This document shows positions 50,793-59,579 of a DNA stretch of 64,000 nt, piece after piece. A model generated the notes under the pieces. That model was not told the DNA's origin, searched no databases, and saw nothing but the letters and a program-made list of their open reading frames with translations. Both the position numbers and the translations under genes were made by a program. The stretch spans positions 512,001-576,000 of the forward strand of contig OZ252287.1 in the NCBI GenBank assembly GCA_965250085.1, read 5' to 3'. This DNA is from Candidatus Altimarinota bacterium (GTDB lineage Bacteria > Patescibacteriota > Gracilibacteria > CAIRYL01). Position 1 is the stretch's first letter. Each line of letters opens with the position of its first letter.

Positions 50793-51428
50793 TTGTCAAT
50801 TATATCGTATATGCCAAGAACAATAACCCGTCTTGAGGAACCAGCAGTCATATATAGACCTTTAGAGACTGAGGATCCAATAACAACTCCAAATGTAACT
50901 TTTGGATGGATGCAAGGTCTTGGAAGCCTAGGGCTGACTGATTGGGAAATAAGAAATAAACTAATTCTAGATGTGGGATGTGGAAGCAATGGATCAGTAC
51001 TTACAGAAGGTCCAAATGTATATGGAGCAGACCCAAATTTAGGGAGAATGCCTAATGGCAATGGAGGGTATTTTGATTGCCATGTAGCCGTTCCTGAGCG
51101 TGCTTTTAGAGATAGAGCAGAGCAATTATTATTTGAAGATGGAGTTTTTGATTATGTGGTTTCTACTAAAGCAGTTGGATGGTATCCTAGGCAAATTGAT
51201 ACAGAAATGGCTACAAAAGAAATGCTAAGGGTTCTGAGAAGGGATATAGGGGTAGCAATCTTTAATGTAGGGCAAGAAATGAGACCAAGAATGATTAATC
51301 CTGTCTTAATTGCATTAGGTGAGGAGGGATGTCAAGTGGCAGTTTCAGATGATAGCATCTGGGTTCACCTAAGACATTCAGAATTTGATGAGCAAAAGTG
51401 GGAATTATCTCAGAGTCAAGAGGTTTAA
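50793..51428 (+). CDS. Class I SAM-dependent methyltransferase
   Basis: ILDVGCG, AEQL.FEDG.FD.V and EM.RVL motifs. Confidence 0.78.
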   Translation: MSIISYMPRTITRLEEPAVIYRPLETEDPITTPNVTFGWMQGLGSLGLTDWEIRNKLILDVGCGSNGSVLTEGPNVYGADPNLGRMPNGNGGYFDCHVAVPERAFRDRAEQLLFEDGVFDYVVSTKAVGWYPRQIDTEMATKEMLRVLRRDIGVAIFNVGQEMRPRMINPVLIALGEEGCQVAVSDDSIWVHLRHSEFDEQKWELSQSQEV

Positions 51429-51509
51429 AGTGGAAGTACTAAATGTAAATAGCAGCTGAATCTTTTTATTATGCAGGATAAATCAACCCTTAAAAGGTTT
51501 TATTGTTGT

Positions 51510-51977
51510 TTACTCCTTCCACAAATCCATTAAACGCATGTTTTGCTGTAGCAGCTCCATACTTCTGATACCAACCCAAAAACGTTTTTCTCTCTTCTCT
51601 TTACCCCATCCTTGTTCCACAGAATATTGAAACTCTTTCAGAATTGGGGTTTCATGTATTTCACCATATTCATCTTTCCACTTGTAAATAATTTCTTTTA
51701 CCTCACTAAGCATATAATCTGGCAATTTTAAAATTGATTCAATTGCAAAATAAAGAGCAGAAGTATCGAAATGATGAACCACCGTTCTCTTTTTACCATA
51801 GAGATACACATGCCCTGCCCTATCTCTTTTTGCTTTCCACATAGAGTATGTAATAAAGGTCAAGGATAACTTAATGGATTTTTGAGTCACATACAATTCT
51901 TCCCTTATTATGTTTCCATTCAGGGTGAATTTCTTTACTCCATCTCTTTTTTCCAATAGATTTATAGAGACAGCCAA
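51510..51977 (-). CDS. Hypothetical protein
   Basis: Open frame in the island; start codon uncertain. Confidence 0.45.
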   Translation of the reverse strand: MAVSINLLEKRDGVKKFTLNGNIIREELYVTQKSIKLSLTFITYSMWKAKRDRAGHVYLYGKKRTVVHHFDTSALYFAIESILKLPDYMLSEVKEIIYKWKDEYGEIHETPILKEFQYSVEQGWGKEKREKRFWVGIRSMELLQQNMRLMDLWKE

Positions 51978-52041
51978 TAATGGGAATTAAAATCGAACTC
52001 TTCCCTTGTGGGTGACCATTATATTTATTTTCAAAAATTGT

Positions 52042-52941
52042 ATGAATATTTTTATTTACTTCCTTGCAAGTATATTGGTCTTTTCTGGTTGTGCTTTAGG
52101 AAAAGATGATCAGGATAACTCAAAGTTACACTATTTGAAATATGATCAAGGTGCTGGTCAAATTGAAGTCAAATACTTTTTTTCTGATATAAAGTCATCT
52201 TTTTTAGAATATGAAAGTCAATTGGTGGATCTTCCATATGGAGAATTACTGAGATTTTATGGTGGCGCGGGTGAAATGGATCTTGCAATGATCAATGAGG
52301 AAGAAACTCAGATTTATAAAGACTATGTGGATATGAAAGATGATTTTGTGGAGAAGACAAAAATATTTCCCGAGCAAGTACGAGGAATGTTCTATCATAA
52401 AGAAAATCCTGAAATTCTTTTTGCAAAGATAATAAATTTGCCGACACATTTGACTGATGGTTATGGTGAAGACCATAATTTTTGGTCTCAATACCAATAT
52501 TTTGGATTTGAAGATAGTGGCAGAGAGCTTCTCCAACAACTCACCACAGGAGGACTGTATAAATCTGAGAACACAGGAAGGTCCTGGGAAAGAATCTGGG
52601 CAGGAGGCAGTATTATTTCCGGAGGAGTATGTCCGAAAGATAAAGATATTATGTACGTACTAAATACTGAATTTCATGGAGGTGGGTCTGGGGAAGCCTA
52701 TGTGGCTCTTTATACTAGTGACGATGGTGGCAAAAACTGGAAAGCTTCAGAACTTACACATAATCATAATTATGATAAAGAAAATTACTTCTATATGACT
52801 TGGGTAGGATTTCACAATGTCTTATATGTGGATGAATCTAGTTGCGATAGTTTATTGATACGGGGAATTGATGAATTTCAAAATGCGTACTATGTTGATC
52901 TCGAGCGAAAGAGAGTTGATCTGGTGGATTTATCTAGATAA
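52042..52941 (+). CDS. Lipoprotein with Asp-box/BNR motifs
   Basis: Lipobox FSGC; YKSENTGRSW and YTSDDGGKNW motifs. Confidence 0.75.
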   Translation: MNIFIYFLASILVFSGCALGKDDQDNSKLHYLKYDQGAGQIEVKYFFSDIKSSFLEYESQLVDLPYGELLRFYGGAGEMDLAMINEEETQIYKDYVDMKDDFVEKTKIFPEQVRGMFYHKENPEILFAKIINLPTHLTDGYGEDHNFWSQYQYFGFEDSGRELLQQLTTGGLYKSENTGRSWERIWAGGSIISGGVCPKDKDIMYVLNTEFHGGGSGEAYVALYTSDDGGKNWKASELTHNHNYDKENYFYMTWVGFHNVLYVDESSCDSLLIRGIDEFQNAYYVDLERKRVDLVDLSR

Positions 52942-53043
52942 ACCAAGGAGGAACAGATGCCCATCGGCATAAATCCATGACTCTCAACAACTCTCTGATA
53001 AAAATATGATAGAGCTTTTATTGCATACAATGAAGCAAGCTTC

Positions 53044-53736
53044 ATGGTCTTGTGTTCAGCTTGTACTCCAATTGAAAAAACAATCATCTTCCCCTGCTCT
53101 CTTTTTTGGGGCAAAATTTCATTTGTGAAAGAAGTTTTTCTCTTAGAAATTCGCAGGCAGGTCTTCCATCTCTGTTTTGGAACGGGAATTGCACTTTTTC
53201 TATACTTGGATCTTATAAACTCATACTCACTTGCTCTTCTGACCATTCTTTTTGGTATTTTGATTCTGCATTGGAAGACGCCTTCTTCGGAGAGATCTTT
53301 GTTGAAAAAAATGCTGTCTTTTTTTGAACGTGATGAACATATTATTCAATTCCCAGGGCGTGGAGTGTTCTTTTTCCTTCTGGGAGCAACACTAGTAAGC
53401 TTTCTCTTCTCGCAGCCTATCGCACTTGCCAGCATTTTGATCCTAGCAGTAGCAGATGCCGTATGTCACCTTTATGGTCGGTTTTTAGGGTATGTCAAAA
53501 TTCCAAAGTTCCCCAAAAAGAATCTAGAGGGTCATGTTATCGGATGGATCTTAGGAGCATTAGTGGCCCTTATTTTTGTTCCACTTGTCCCTGCCCTTAT
53601 TGCAAGTTTTATCGCTATGATTTTTGAAATTCCAGAATGGAAAGTAGGGATCATCCCTCTTGATGACAACCTGCTAATCCCTATAGCTGCAGCGGGGTCA
53701 CTTGCAATGTGGAATGTCTTTTTCCCATTTTTGTAA
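53044..53736 (+). CDS. Dolichol/phytol kinase-like (CTP-dependent polyprenol kinase family) membrane protein
   Basis: E..RQ.FH, L...ADA...L.G...G, KK..EG and DDNL.IP motifs. The true start is probably downstream of 53044. Confidence 0.8.
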   Translation: MVLCSACTPIEKTIIFPCSLFWGKISFVKEVFLLEIRRQVFHLCFGTGIALFLYLDLINSYSLALLTILFGILILHWKTPSSERSLLKKMLSFFERDEHIIQFPGRGVFFFLLGATLVSFLFSQPIALASILILAVADAVCHLYGRFLGYVKIPKFPKKNLEGHVIGWILGALVALIFVPLVPALIASFIAMIFEIPEWKVGIIPLDDNLLIPIAAAGSLAMWNVFFPFL

Positions 53737-54101
53737 TGCCTACAAAACTTCGAAAATTTGGAGACTTAGGAGAAGATATCGCTGCAAATTTTTTGCGACA
53801 AAAAGGATATATTATCGTGGAACGAAATTTCCTCGTTCGTGAAGGAGAAATCGATCTTGTGGCAGAAAATGAAAATGAAGATTTGATTTTCATAGAGGTT
53901 AAAGCTAGAAGAAATACATCATTTGGAGAAATTGCTGAATCTGTTACTTCTGAAAAACAAGAAAAATTATGCCGCACTGCATACAAATATCTTCAGGTAA
54001 AAGATATTGATTCAGAAACTCACTGGCGTATAGACGTCGTCACTGTAGATTTTTCCAAAAATCCACCGTATATAGAACACTTCGAAAATGCCTTTGAATA
54101 A
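53736..54101 (+). CDS. YraN family (UPF0102) putative endonuclease
   Basis: G..GE..A..FL...GY.I.ERN....GEIDLVA, FIEVKAR and RIDVV motifs. Confidence 0.9.
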   Translation: MPTKLRKFGDLGEDIAANFLRQKGYIIVERNFLVREGEIDLVAENENEDLIFIEVKARRNTSFGEIAESVTSEKQEKLCRTAYKYLQVKDIDSETHWRIDVVTVDFSKNPPYIEHFENAFE

Positions 54102-54150
54102 AACGATGTGCTGAGTTATTTTTTCTTTCCCAAAATTTATAAATTTTACT

Positions 54151-55071
54151 GTGCACCTTTCTCAAAAACCAATCCTCTTGCTTCTTTTAACTCTCCTTCT
54201 TCTCGGAGGAATACTGATATGGAGAACATGGATTTACCGAGGAGAGCTTACCATCATTTCGCCGGCACCATTTACTCTGCAAATAAAAACGGGAAAACAG
54301 CTTCGAGGAGAAATATTATCTTGTAATGAATTGGAATGTACATACAAATTACCTGCTAGAACCTATCGATTAACTATTCAACCGGAGAATTATGAAGTTT
54401 TTACCCAAGAAGTAAAAATTTTGTGGAACCAAAACCATACTCTAGAGTTTGAACCACAAAAAGTACCACAACTTATTGCGATTGAGAAAAGTGTGTCAAA
54501 TCATGAAGAAAGCGCTTTGCAAAAGAATTATTTTTTTGAAGAAACAGGTCAATTGTTTCTCAAAAAAGATAATGGGAATGTGTTTCTCGCAGATTTTTCA
54601 TTTCTTGATACCACTGCTGCTCAAATTATTCCTGATCCCTATGTGGAACGCGCCTTCGTGCTTCTTGAAAGTTTTCTGTTTGAAGTAGACGTGCAGAAGA
54701 AACAAAAGTTTGAAATTCTTTCGTTTCCCGAAGCTCCTGGACGCATAACTCTCCATCCTCTACAAAAAAATATGCTTCTGCTGGGAAAAGATGATGAAAT
54801 TTCCCTCTTTTTTCTGGAAAATAGGACCTCATTTACACTCTCTGAAGTAAAAAATCCAAACTTAGTGTGTCAAAATCCAGAGAATTCTGAAGAAATATTT
54901 TTTGCAATACAAGATGCAAATTGGCATATTAAAAGAACTTCTCTCCCATTTGAAACTTCAGAGGGAGTAGCCAGTTATCCTTTTGATTCTGCAATAGAAA
55001 ATATCGAATGTGAAAAAGAGTCCTCCCTTATGCTACACACAAAAGAAGAATCGTTTCGCTTGGAATTTTAA
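54151..55071 (+). CDS. Membrane-anchored hypothetical protein (PEGA-like N-terminal domain)
   Basis: N-terminal TM helix; G.L.I.S.P...LPA..Y.L.I...Y pattern. Confidence 0.6.
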   Translation: MHLSQKPILLLLLTLLLLGGILIWRTWIYRGELTIISPAPFTLQIKTGKQLRGEILSCNELECTYKLPARTYRLTIQPENYEVFTQEVKILWNQNHTLEFEPQKVPQLIAIEKSVSNHEESALQKNYFFEETGQLFLKKDNGNVFLADFSFLDTTAAQIIPDPYVERAFVLLESFLFEVDVQKKQKFEILSFPEAPGRITLHPLQKNMLLLGKDDEISLFFLENRTSFTLSEVKNPNLVCQNPENSEEIFFAIQDANWHIKRTSLPFETSEGVASYPFDSAIENIECEKESSLMLHTKEESFRLEF

Positions 55072-55081
55072 GGAGGAGGAC

Positions 55082-55264
55082 TTAAGAATGCTTTTCTGTT
55101 TTTACTTTCGGAACAACGTACTTTCTGTTCTTTGAATCGTACATTTTTCTGAAAGCTTCATCCTTTTTTACATTGGCTTTGTTGCAGTGGTATCCATGCC
55201 CAATAATATGCCCCCCTTCGGGCGAATAAAATACAACTGCTTGTTTCTTTTTTCCTCGTGGCAT
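55082..55264 (-). CDS. rpmG: Probable divergent 50S ribosomal protein L33
   Basis: 60 aa and basic; RKMYDSKNRKYV resembles the L33 KKYDP..RKHV motif. Confidence 0.55.
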   Translation of the reverse strand: MPRGKKKQAVVFYSPEGGHIIGHGYHCNKANVKKDEAFRKMYDSKNRKYVVPKVKTEKHS

Positions 55265-55327
55265 GACCTTGTCTAAAAAGAGCCAATAGATTCTAGGGAT
55301 CCGTATAAAAAAGTCAAAGGAAAACTC

Positions 55328-56296
55328 TTAAGAGATCAGTTTACACATTTTCCAATGAAACCACTTCAACATTTTCCTGCCACCGTGTTTGGAGATGACC
55401 CCAGAGTAACTGGCAACATTTCTCAAGCTCAATCTGCTGGCAATTCTGGTTTTATTGCGTTTGGTAAGTCTTCTTCCGGAAGACCAGAGTTCAGTACCAA
55501 GAAACTTGAGTCCGTGTTTTGCTTTGAAAATCAGGTCATTTTTCGGATGCAGCGGTAATTTTAGATGTTCTGATACAAAAGCAATTATTTCCGTCCGCAT
55601 ATTTTCTAACTTTTCTTTTTCCATCTCGAACAAGACAAAATCATCGCCATACCGCAGATATGCTTTGGGTTTCTGTATATGCTTCACAAAGCGATCCAGT
55701 TCATTCATGTAAATGTTCGAGAAAATCTGGCTGGTGAGATTGCCGATAGGCATACCGACTTCTTCCTTATGAGTACAGTAGCTCTTGAGTACTTCACGGA
55801 TAATGAGCAGAGCTTTTACATCAGGAACCCTCCTTTTTAGCAATTCAAAGAGTACATTTTGATCGATATTATCAAAAAACTTCCGAATATCCGCTCTCCA
55901 AATGTAGGCACGAGGATACGATTGCAAAAAGCCATGTGTGCGCTCGATTGCTCCCAGCAGTCCTTTCCCTTTCCGGCATGACCAAGCATCATAAATGAAA
56001 GTTTTATCCCAGAGAGGAACGAGGTAGTCATAGAGCAGTCGGTGCACAACGCGGTCGCGAATAGGAGAAACGGAAATTTCCCGTTGTTTGTTATCACAGA
56101 CCGTAAAAGATCTGTACGCACCGTGGCGATATGTTCCTGCATTCAGGTCTTGATACAGCTCAAAAAGACGCTCTTCCAAATGGTACTGAAATTCGTGCAT
56201 CTCTTCTGTTTCCCTTTTTCCTTTCCGAAAGGCAAACCATGCCTTCCAAATATTTTCTAACCCCAAGTTTATGAATTCTTCATTGCCCATTATCAA
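55328..56296 (-). CDS. DGR reverse transcriptase
   Basis: ENIWKAW, K.R.I.....RDRVVH, SCR.GKG, DIRKFF.NI, GMPIGNLTSQ (DGR-type), YLRYGDD and FLG motifs; no maturase or endonuclease domain. Confidence 0.95.
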   Translation of the reverse strand: MIMGNEEFINLGLENIWKAWFAFRKGKRETEEMHEFQYHLEERLFELYQDLNAGTYRHGAYRSFTVCDNKQREISVSPIRDRVVHRLLYDYLVPLWDKTFIYDAWSCRKGKGLLGAIERTHGFLQSYPRAYIWRADIRKFFDNIDQNVLFELLKRRVPDVKALLIIREVLKSYCTHKEEVGMPIGNLTSQIFSNIYMNELDRFVKHIQKPKAYLRYGDDFVLFEMEKEKLENMRTEIIAFVSEHLKLPLHPKNDLIFKAKHGLKFLGTELWSSGRRLTKRNKTRIASRLSLRNVASYSGVISKHGGRKMLKWFHWKMCKLIS

Positions 56297-56618
56297 TAAA
56301 AGTTATGATCTGTATAAGCATTTTACCCAAGTCAATGATCACATGACAAAGAGATGGAGACTGACACTCGGCAAAAGTGCCGAAGACAGCATTCTTACAC
56401 TCCTTGAGCATCTAGTCATGGCAAAAAATGCAGCAAAAACCATGAAAGCTCCATATCTCCTCAAAGCGAGTGGAACTTTGGAAGTTCTTACTTTCAAGCT
56501 CCGCCTTATGTTGGAACTCAAACTGGCAAACGAAACCCGTATCTTCCAACTGCAATCAGAAGCACAAGAGATTGGAAGAATGTTGGGAGGATGGTTGAAA
56601 TCTACACAAAGTATGTAA
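56271..56618 (+). CDS. avd: DGR accessory protein Avd (four-helix bundle)
   Basis: LPI..K.YDL, R.TLG, L..LRL...L and EIGRMLGGW motifs; adjacent to RT and TR. Confidence 0.88.
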   Translation: MNSSLPIINKSYDLYKHFTQVNDHMTKRWRLTLGKSAEDSILTLLEHLVMAKNAAKTMKAPYLLKASGTLEVLTFKLRLMLELKLANETRIFQLQSEAQEIGRMLGGWLKSTQSM

Positions 56619-56724
56619 ACCCTTATCGAGCCACGCCACGCCCTATTGTCATTGTGATTATTGGCATTATTCCGATTCACGTTAACATTATCACCATTAC
56701 GATTACCATTGAGGGCGTAACCAG
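56617..56724 (-). repeat. DGR template repeat (TR), 108 bp
   Basis: Reads GYALNGNRNGDNVNVNRNNANNHNDNRAWRGSIRV with 12 AAY codons; aligns without gaps to both VRs. Confidence 0.95.
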
Positions 56725-56979
56725 CTTGTTGATGAAGTTTATCCGGTACAGACCCACAGTCACAACCATAGTCTGCTTGTAACTTTATCATTTTTCACCC
56801 TGCTTCTCAGGGAAAACTTCACTCAAACCTAAGGGTTTACTACTCTTGAATGTACTTTTTAGGCTTCTTCTTTCATGCAAAGCCCCATTTGTAAAAGAAC
56901 ATTGTACGGTAGCCCCTGCCTAAGCGAGGTTCCTATTCACCGTCAGGAAAAAAGTATATCTGTAAAAATCGTATAAAGA

Positions 56980-57001
56980 AAGACCGCCTCATGGCGGTCT
57001 T
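56980..57001 (-). terminator. Hairpin downstream of the DGR target (terminator and/or retrohoming cruciform)
   Basis: AAGACCGCC-TCAT-GGCGGTCTT, 9-bp stem and 4-nt loop, with a T-rich tail on the minus strand. Confidence 0.65.
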
Positions 57002-57044
57002 CAAGGATAAAGTTAAAGTTTAAGAAAAATTTAAGATTCAAAGC

Positions 57045-57794
57045 CTAAGCCCATGAAACCCTTAGCGAGCCACGCCACGCCCTAACGCCACTGTGAAAAC
57101 TGGCATTACCCCGATTCACGCGAACAAGATCACCAGGACGAGAACCATTGAGGGCGTAACCAGTTTTTCTTGTATCTAAGTTTGTTTTGAGCCAACTCCA
57201 AGTTCTTTTGTCAAACCCCCCCTTCTCCTGAAGCACGTCTCTACATTGTTTTGGGGTCATAAGGTCTATACCCATTGCTTCAGCCATCTCAACAGCATTT
57301 CCATTAAACCTTTCATCTGGATGTTTTTCTTTTAACCACGCTGCTGCCTCTTTATCATAGACACAGTTCCTTGCACTTTCTGGAGTCTCTTGAGAACATG
57401 TACCAATATCAAAACCACTCTCATCAAAGTCATATACATCCGGGGCATGACCTGCTACCTCCATCTCATGCACGCTCCACAGTGCCTCAGGATTTGCCTC
57501 AAGTGCAGTTTCGACTCTGCTCCATTCGAGATCTTTATGGAGGTGGACATTGTCAGTAAATCTTGTTCTAAGGGAATCTAAAGTCTTTTTCGCATCCTCA
57601 GGCGAGAGTTTGCGCTGAGTTCTGCCTCCTGCTGCTAGCTCCTCCAGTTGTAGTTGTAACATAGCAATTGCTTCACGGATTCCTGCTTGAACTTCATCGA
57701 GATCGTTAATATCGAGCAGGGATTCAAGCTTTTCTGTCGCTGTCTTAATTCCTTGTTCTGGAGATCCTGCCATTTGTTCTGGAGAGTCTGTCAT
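57045..57794 (-). CDS. DGR target protein, DUF4256-like with an N-terminal helical extension
   Basis: LSPE....L..L..RF..N...H..LEW..V...LEANPE.LWS..EME..G..PDV, AVEMA..MGI.L and C-terminal RG.LRV motifs. Confidence 0.9.
   Translation of the reverse strand: MTDSPEQMAGSPEQGIKTATEKLESLLDINDLDEVQAGIREAIAMLQLQLEELAAGGRTQRKLSPEDAKKTLDSLRTRFTDNVHLHKDLEWSRVETALEANPEALWSVHEMEVAGHAPDVYDFDESGFDIGTCSQETPESARNCVYDKEAAAWLKEKHPDERFNGNAVEMAEAMGIDLMTPKQCRDVLQEKGGFDKRTWSWLKTNLDTRKTGYALNGSRPGDLVRVNRGNASFHSGVRAWRGSLRVSWA
57056..57163 (-). repeat. DGR variable repeat (VR1)
   Basis: 18 mismatches to TR in 108 bp, every one at a TR adenine. Confidence 0.95.
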
Positions 57795-57827
57795 TTGTAA
57801 GAGGGGTCAAGTTTTAAAAAGGAGATG

Positions 57828-57856
57828 ATAATATATTGCTATAAATTTTTTGTCAA
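57828..57856 (-). promoter_or_regulatory. Sigma70 promoter of the DGR target
   Basis: TTGACA-N17-TATTAT on the minus strand. Confidence 0.75.
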
Positions 57857-57902
57857 GGAAAACTGACCCGAATCACGAAATGGTGTAGTTCTGTAATGAG
57901 GG

Positions 57903-59030
57903 TTATTTAAAATTTTTCTGCATCGCTTTCCATGCCAAATATTTTTTTACAAAAGGCTCCAAATTACCATCAAGAACATCATCTGGATTGGTGCTCTCAT
58001 ATTCTGTTCGAAGATCTTTGACGAGTTTATACGGATGAAGGACATAATTTCGTATTTGGCTCCCCCACTCTGCAGAAATATGTTCTCCTTTGAGCTCTGC
58101 TTGTTTTCTTGCTTCTTCAAGATGTCTTTCTTCTGTGAGACGAGATTTGAGAATTTGGAGAGCCTTGTCTTTATTTTGATGCTGAGATCTACTGCTCTGG
58201 CAACTGACTACAATACTAGTGGGGACATGGGTAATACGAATGGCAGAATCCGTTTTATTCACATGCTGTCCTCCAGCTCCTTGAGCTCGAAAAGTATCAA
58301 TTCTGAGATCTTTTTCTTCAAGAACAATATCTTTGGTGTCTCTCTCTTCCAATAATGGCGAGACGGCAATACCGGCGAACGATGTGTGTCTCAAGTTTTT
58401 AGCATTAAACGGTGAGAGTCTTACGAGCCGATGAGTCCCTTTTTCTCCCTGGAGATACCCAAACGCATTTTCTCCAGTAATTTCAAGGGTTGCACTCTTG
58501 ATGCCCGCTTCTGAGTTCTCTGATTTTTCCAGTATTTCTGCTTTCCATCCCATACGCTCTGCAAATCTCAGTTCCATCCTGAGGAGCATCTCTGCAAAAT
58601 CCTGTGCTTCTGCTCCTCCCGCTCCAGAGGCAATTTCCACAATTGCCCCACGATCATCATATTCACCAGAAAGATATAAATCAGTTTCTGCAGAGGTAAA
58701 CTTTTGTTGCAGTATCTCATATTCTTTTTCAAGGTCGACAATTTCTGTATCCTCTTCATTTGTCATTTGAATAAGCTCCAAAAGCTCTGTGCTCTCAGAA
58801 ATAAGTGTTTTCCAGAGTTCTTGTTTTTTTTGAAGTGAAGCGAGTCTTTGAGTTACTTTGCGAGCATTGTCAGCATCATTCCATAAATGAGGGTTATTTG
58901 CTTCTTTTTGGAGCTCAGAAATTTCTGATGTAATTTGGTTTGGGTTCAGGCATTGCCAGCCATCAGAAATTTTATTCTGAAGATTTTCTGCCACTGAAAG
59001 AAGTTCTGCAAGAGTCATAAGGTGTTCCAA
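57903..59030 (-). CDS. prfB: Peptide chain release factor 2
   Basis: HRLVRLSPF (SPF motif), RHTSFA, GAGGQHVN and WGSQIRNYV motifs. Confidence 0.97.
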   Translation of the reverse strand: MEHLMTLAELLSVAENLQNKISDGWQCLNPNQITSEISELQKEANNPHLWNDADNARKVTQRLASLQKKQELWKTLISESTELLELIQMTNEEDTEIVDLEKEYEILQQKFTSAETDLYLSGEYDDRGAIVEIASGAGGAEAQDFAEMLLRMELRFAERMGWKAEILEKSENSEAGIKSATLEITGENAFGYLQGEKGTHRLVRLSPFNAKNLRHTSFAGIAVSPLLEERDTKDIVLEEKDLRIDTFRAQGAGGQHVNKTDSAIRITHVPTSIVVSCQSSRSQHQNKDKALQILKSRLTEERHLEEARKQAELKGEHISAEWGSQIRNYVLHPYKLVKDLRTEYESTNPDDVLDGNLEPFVKKYLAWKAMQKNFK

Positions 59031-59048
59031 TGGTACAGGATCTCAGAT

Positions 59049-59519
59049 TCATGATCCATGATTCGCGATATGCCATAGAGCAAGACTGCCAGCAATAGAC
59101 ACATTGAAACTCTTCTTCTTCCCTTTCATAGGGATCACGATAACTTCATCAGTATGCTTCAGAATATCTGGAGCAATCCCATCTACTTCATTTCCCACCA
59201 CAAGACAAAGTGGATAAGTGGGTGTAAATTCTGAAATATTTTTGGCATTTGGAATGTTCTCTAGGGCAACAATACGAATATTTTTCTTTTTTAGTTTAGA
59301 AATAACTTCTAAAGGATCTATTGTATAACTCCATGAAACCATTTTTTCTGCATCCAAGGAAGTCTTGATAATCTCTTTGTGAGGCGGATATGGAGTGATT
59401 CCTGCAAGAAAAATATGATTCACTCCCACGCCATCTGCTGTACGGAAAAATGATCCAACATTAAACCCGCTTCTGACATCAGGAAGAAAAAGAGAAAGAT
59501 TTTTATCAGTCGATTGCAT
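59049..59519 (-). CDS. TrmH/SpoU family RNA methyltransferase
   Basis: NVGSFFRTAD, VGNEVDGI and IPM.G.K.S.NVS.A motifs. Confidence 0.9.
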   Translation of the reverse strand: MQSTDKNLSLFLPDVRSGFNVGSFFRTADGVGVNHIFLAGITPYPPHKEIIKTSLDAEKMVSWSYTIDPLEVISKLKKKNIRIVALENIPNAKNISEFTPTYPLCLVVGNEVDGIAPDILKHTDEVIVIPMKGKKKSFNVSIAGSLALWHIANHGS

Positions 59520-59579
59520 AGCAGGAAAAGATTGAATTCTGCTATCATTCTAGAGATTTTAGGTTTCTTTAAAAGAGAA

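Larger units (their letters stand above)
45888..52000. mobile_element. Putative genomic island integrated at tRNA-Tyr (right end approximate)
   Basis: Recombinase abutting the tRNA 3' end, a TerS-like gene, orphan ORFs, and visibly scarce CG dinucleotides. Confidence 0.6.
55328..57857. mobile_element. Diversity-generating retroelement (target/VR, TR, antisense avd, RT)
   Basis: All core components are present, with an adenine-specific TR/VR mismatch pattern. Confidence 0.95.

Noticed and set aside
52014-52021. ACCATTA as attR of the tRNA-Tyr island
   Set aside because: It is only a 7-bp match in AT-rich DNA. The position is plausible but it cannot be distinguished from chance.
55328-56296. 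RT as a group II intron, retron or CRISPR-associated RT
   Set aside because: It is short, lacks a maturase domain and the retron VTG motif, has the DGR-type PIGNLTSQ, and sits with Avd and a TR/VR pair.
56339-56791. 150-aa minus-strand ORF spanning TR and antisense avd, in frame with the RT
   Set aside because: Its Asn-rich part is simply TR read in the VR frame, and the rest is the shadow of avd. Two stops (56339-56341 TGA and 56303-56305 TAA) separate it from the RT, so a fusion is unsupported.
57903-59030. Programmed +1 frameshift in prfB
   Set aside because: The ORF is continuous with no CTT-TGA-C site. Absence of the frameshift is common and unremarkable.
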